From the NCBI GenBank assembly GCA_045690015.1, contig CP145877.1, positions 270,001-302,000 on the forward strand: a DNA stretch of 32,000 nt, written 5' to 3'. The notes under the pieces were generated by a model, which did not search any database, was not told the origin of the DNA, and was given only the letters and a program-made list of their open reading frames with translations. Made by a program: the position numbers and the translations under genes. Position 1 is the first letter of the stretch; each line of letters starts with the position of its first letter. The stretch is from Candidatus Saccharimonadota bacterium. GTDB lineage: Bacteria > Pseudomonadota > Gammaproteobacteria > Enterobacterales > Enterobacteriaceae. Positions 30,645 to 32,000 of this stretch are shown here, one piece after another.

Positions 30645-30660
30645 GTAAGTGGATTTAAAA

Positions 30661-30734
30661 GCGCCTTTAGCTCAGTTGGATAGAGCACCGGTCTTCTAAG
30701 CCGTTAGTCGCAGGTTCGAATCCTGCAAGGCGCG
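30661..30734 (+). tRNA. argU: tRNA-Arg (anticodon UCU)
   Basis: Manual cloverleaf: acceptor GCGCCTT/AAGGCGC, D arm GCTC-AGTTGGATA-GAGC, anticodon arm CCGGT-CTTCTAA-GCCGT (anticodon TCT), variable TAGTC, T arm GCAGG-TTCGAAT-CCTGC, discriminator G. It is almost identical to E. coli argU outside the anticodon and variable stems. No 3' CCA is encoded (followed by TAATAA). Confidence 0.93.
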
Positions 30735-30765
30735 TAATAAAATTACTATCTATATAATAGAAAAA

Positions 30766-31641
30766 ATGATGAATACCAGCTATTTAATTTTTCCTCATTT
30801 TAATCCAGTTATTTTATCATTGGGTGCTATATCTGTTCATTGGTATGGATTTATGTATCTAATTGGTTTTTGCTTTGCAATTTGGTTAGGAATAAGACGA
30901 GGTTTAAGATCAAAGGAATATAATAAAGAAGAGATTGAAAATTTATTGTATGTGGGTTTTTTGGCCATTATAATTGGAGGTCGTTTAGGTTATATATTAT
31001 TTTATAATAGGCATATTTTTACAGAAAATCCTCTCTATTTGTTCCAAATATGGAAAGGAGGTATGTCTTTTCATGGAGGTTTATTAGGAGCTATAATTTT
31101 TATTTTTTGGTTTTCACGTAGTACACAACGTCCTTTTTTTCAAATATCTGATTTTGTAGCACCTTTGATACCTTTTGGATTAGGAACTGGAAGATTAGGT
31201 AATTTTATCAATGATGAACTATGGGGTCGCGTAGCTATCGATCTTCCTTGGGCAATGATATTTCCAAATTCATACCAAAACGATATGGTTTTTTTAAGCC
31301 AACATCCAGAAGTGCAACCTATTATTGATCATTGGAAAAATTTACCTCGACACCCCTCACAATTATATGAACTTTTTTTTGAAGGAATAGTGCTATTCGT
31401 AATATTGAATACTTTTATTCGTAAACCCCGTCCTACAGGCAGTGTATCTGGTCTTTTTTTAATTACCTATGGTTGTTTTCGTTTTATAGTTGAATTCTTC
31501 CGACAACCCGACATCCAACTTGGTCTATTTAATAAAATCTTCAGTATGGGACAAATCTTATCACTTCCAATGATATTCATAGGCCTAATTATTATGATCA
31601 GGGTGTATTTTATAAAAACCAGCATAAGCATAGGAAACTAA
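30766..31641 (+). CDS. lgt: Phosphatidylglycerol-prolipoprotein diacylglyceryl transferase
   Basis: 291 aa. SYL.FP.F.PVI.S.G....[61 protein letters not shown] and SMGQILS.PMI match E. coli Lgt. Conserved lgt-thyA adjacency supports the call. Confidence 0.96.
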   Translation: MMNTSYLIFPHFNPVILSLGAISVHWYGFMYLIGFCFAIWLGIRRGLRSKEYNKEEIENLLYVGFLAIIIGGRLGYILFYNRHIFTENPLYLFQIWKGGMSFHGGLLGAIIFIFWFSRSTQRPFFQISDFVAPLIPFGLGTGRLGNFINDELWGRVAIDLPWAMIFPNSYQNDMVFLSQHPEVQPIIDHWKNLPRHPSQLYELFFEGIVLFVILNTFIRKPRPTGSVSGLFLITYGCFRFIVEFFRQPDIQLGLFNKIFSMGQILSLPMIFIGLIIMIRVYFIKTSISIGN

Positions 31642-31645
31642 AATA

Positions 31646-32000
31646 ATGAAACAATATTTACAACTGATGGAAAAGGTCTTAACAGAAGGCATATTCAAAA
31701 ATGATCGTACTCAAACTGGTACTCTATCAATTTTTGGAGATCAAATCCGTTTTAATTTACAAGAAGGATTTCCATTAGTTACCACGAAGCTTTGTCATAT
31801 TCGTTCGATTATTTATGAATTATTATGGTTTCTGAAAGGTGATACCAATATAGCATGGTTAAATAAAAATAATGTGTCAATCTGGGATGAATGGGCGGAT
31901 AAAAATGGCAATTTAGGTCCTATTTACGGTAAACAATGGCGCAATTGGGAGACCGGGAAAGGAAAATCTATTGATCAAATTAGCCAACTCTTACAACAGA
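31646..32000 (+). CDS. thyA: Thymidylate synthase, N-terminal part; the 3' end lies outside the window
   Basis: Absent from the ORF track because no stop falls in the window. The ATG at 31646 lies 4 nt after the lgt stop. Translation [93 protein letters not shown] matches E. coli ThyA ([31 protein letters not shown]...). Confidence 0.95.
   Translation, partial: MKQYLQLMEKVLTEGIFKNDRTQTGTLSIFGDQIRFNLQEGFPLVTTKLCHIRSIIYELLWFLKGDTNIAWLNKNNVSIWDEWADKNGNLGPIYGKQWRNWETGKGKSIDQISQLLQQ

Larger units (their letters stand above)
30595..30649. repeat. 22-bp tandem-like direct repeat (21/22 identical) spaced 33 bp, containing an internal 11-bp inverted copy
   Basis: aataatattgatataatAtaag (30595-30616) versus aataatattgatataatGtaag (30628-30649). 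attatatcaat at 30620-30630 is the exact reverse complement of the core attgatataat. Confidence 0.85.

Noticed and set aside
1-32000. A search for CRISPR arrays, IS elements or transposases, integrases, phage genes, toxin-antitoxin pairs, restriction-modification or other defence modules, and long tandem repeats.
   Set aside because: None was seen. There are no regularly spaced direct repeats beyond the 22-bp pair at 30595-30649 and no terminal inverted repeats. Every ORF over 100 aa except one is a recognisable housekeeping gene.

Overview
The window looks like a core-genome segment of a strongly AT-rich, genome-reduced gammaproteobacterium. It resembles an Enterobacterales-derived insect endosymbiont such as Blochmannia, Baumannia or Buchnera, but the lineage cannot be fixed from sequence alone, and GC content was judged by eye. 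Almost every long ORF aligns with an E. coli K-12 housekeeping protein. These comparisons are to sequences recalled from memory, not to a database search. Gene order is lepA(partial)-lepB-rnc-era-acpS, yfhL(-), ffs(-), aspC, truA, ubiX, one orphan membrane protein(-), the complete 13-gene nuoA-N operon with fused nuoCD, nrdB-nrdA(-), gpmA(-), a decayed clsB pseudogene(-), a DedA-family gene(-), folD(-), tRNA-Arg(UCU), lgt and thyA(partial). Five items are not in the ORF track: a 4.5S/SRP RNA gene in an ORF-free spacer, the tRNA, the truncated thyA start, the clsB pseudogene (about 0.85 kb, at least 3 reading frames and several in-frame stops), and a long hairpin between ubiX and the orphan gene. 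Several adjacent genes overlap by 4-8 bp (rnc/era, nuoE/nuoF, nuoG/nuoH, nuoM/nuoN), which suggests translational coupling. I see no CRISPR array, transposase, integrase, phage, toxin-antitoxin or defence-like cargo, and I cannot support a claim of a novel multi-gene system here. The most unusual items are the intact 288-aa orphan membrane protein between ubiX and nuoA, the gene-decay zone around clsB, a thrice-repeated extended -10 motif in the folD/tRNA-Arg divergent spacer, and long slippage-prone poly(A) tracts inside essential genes.
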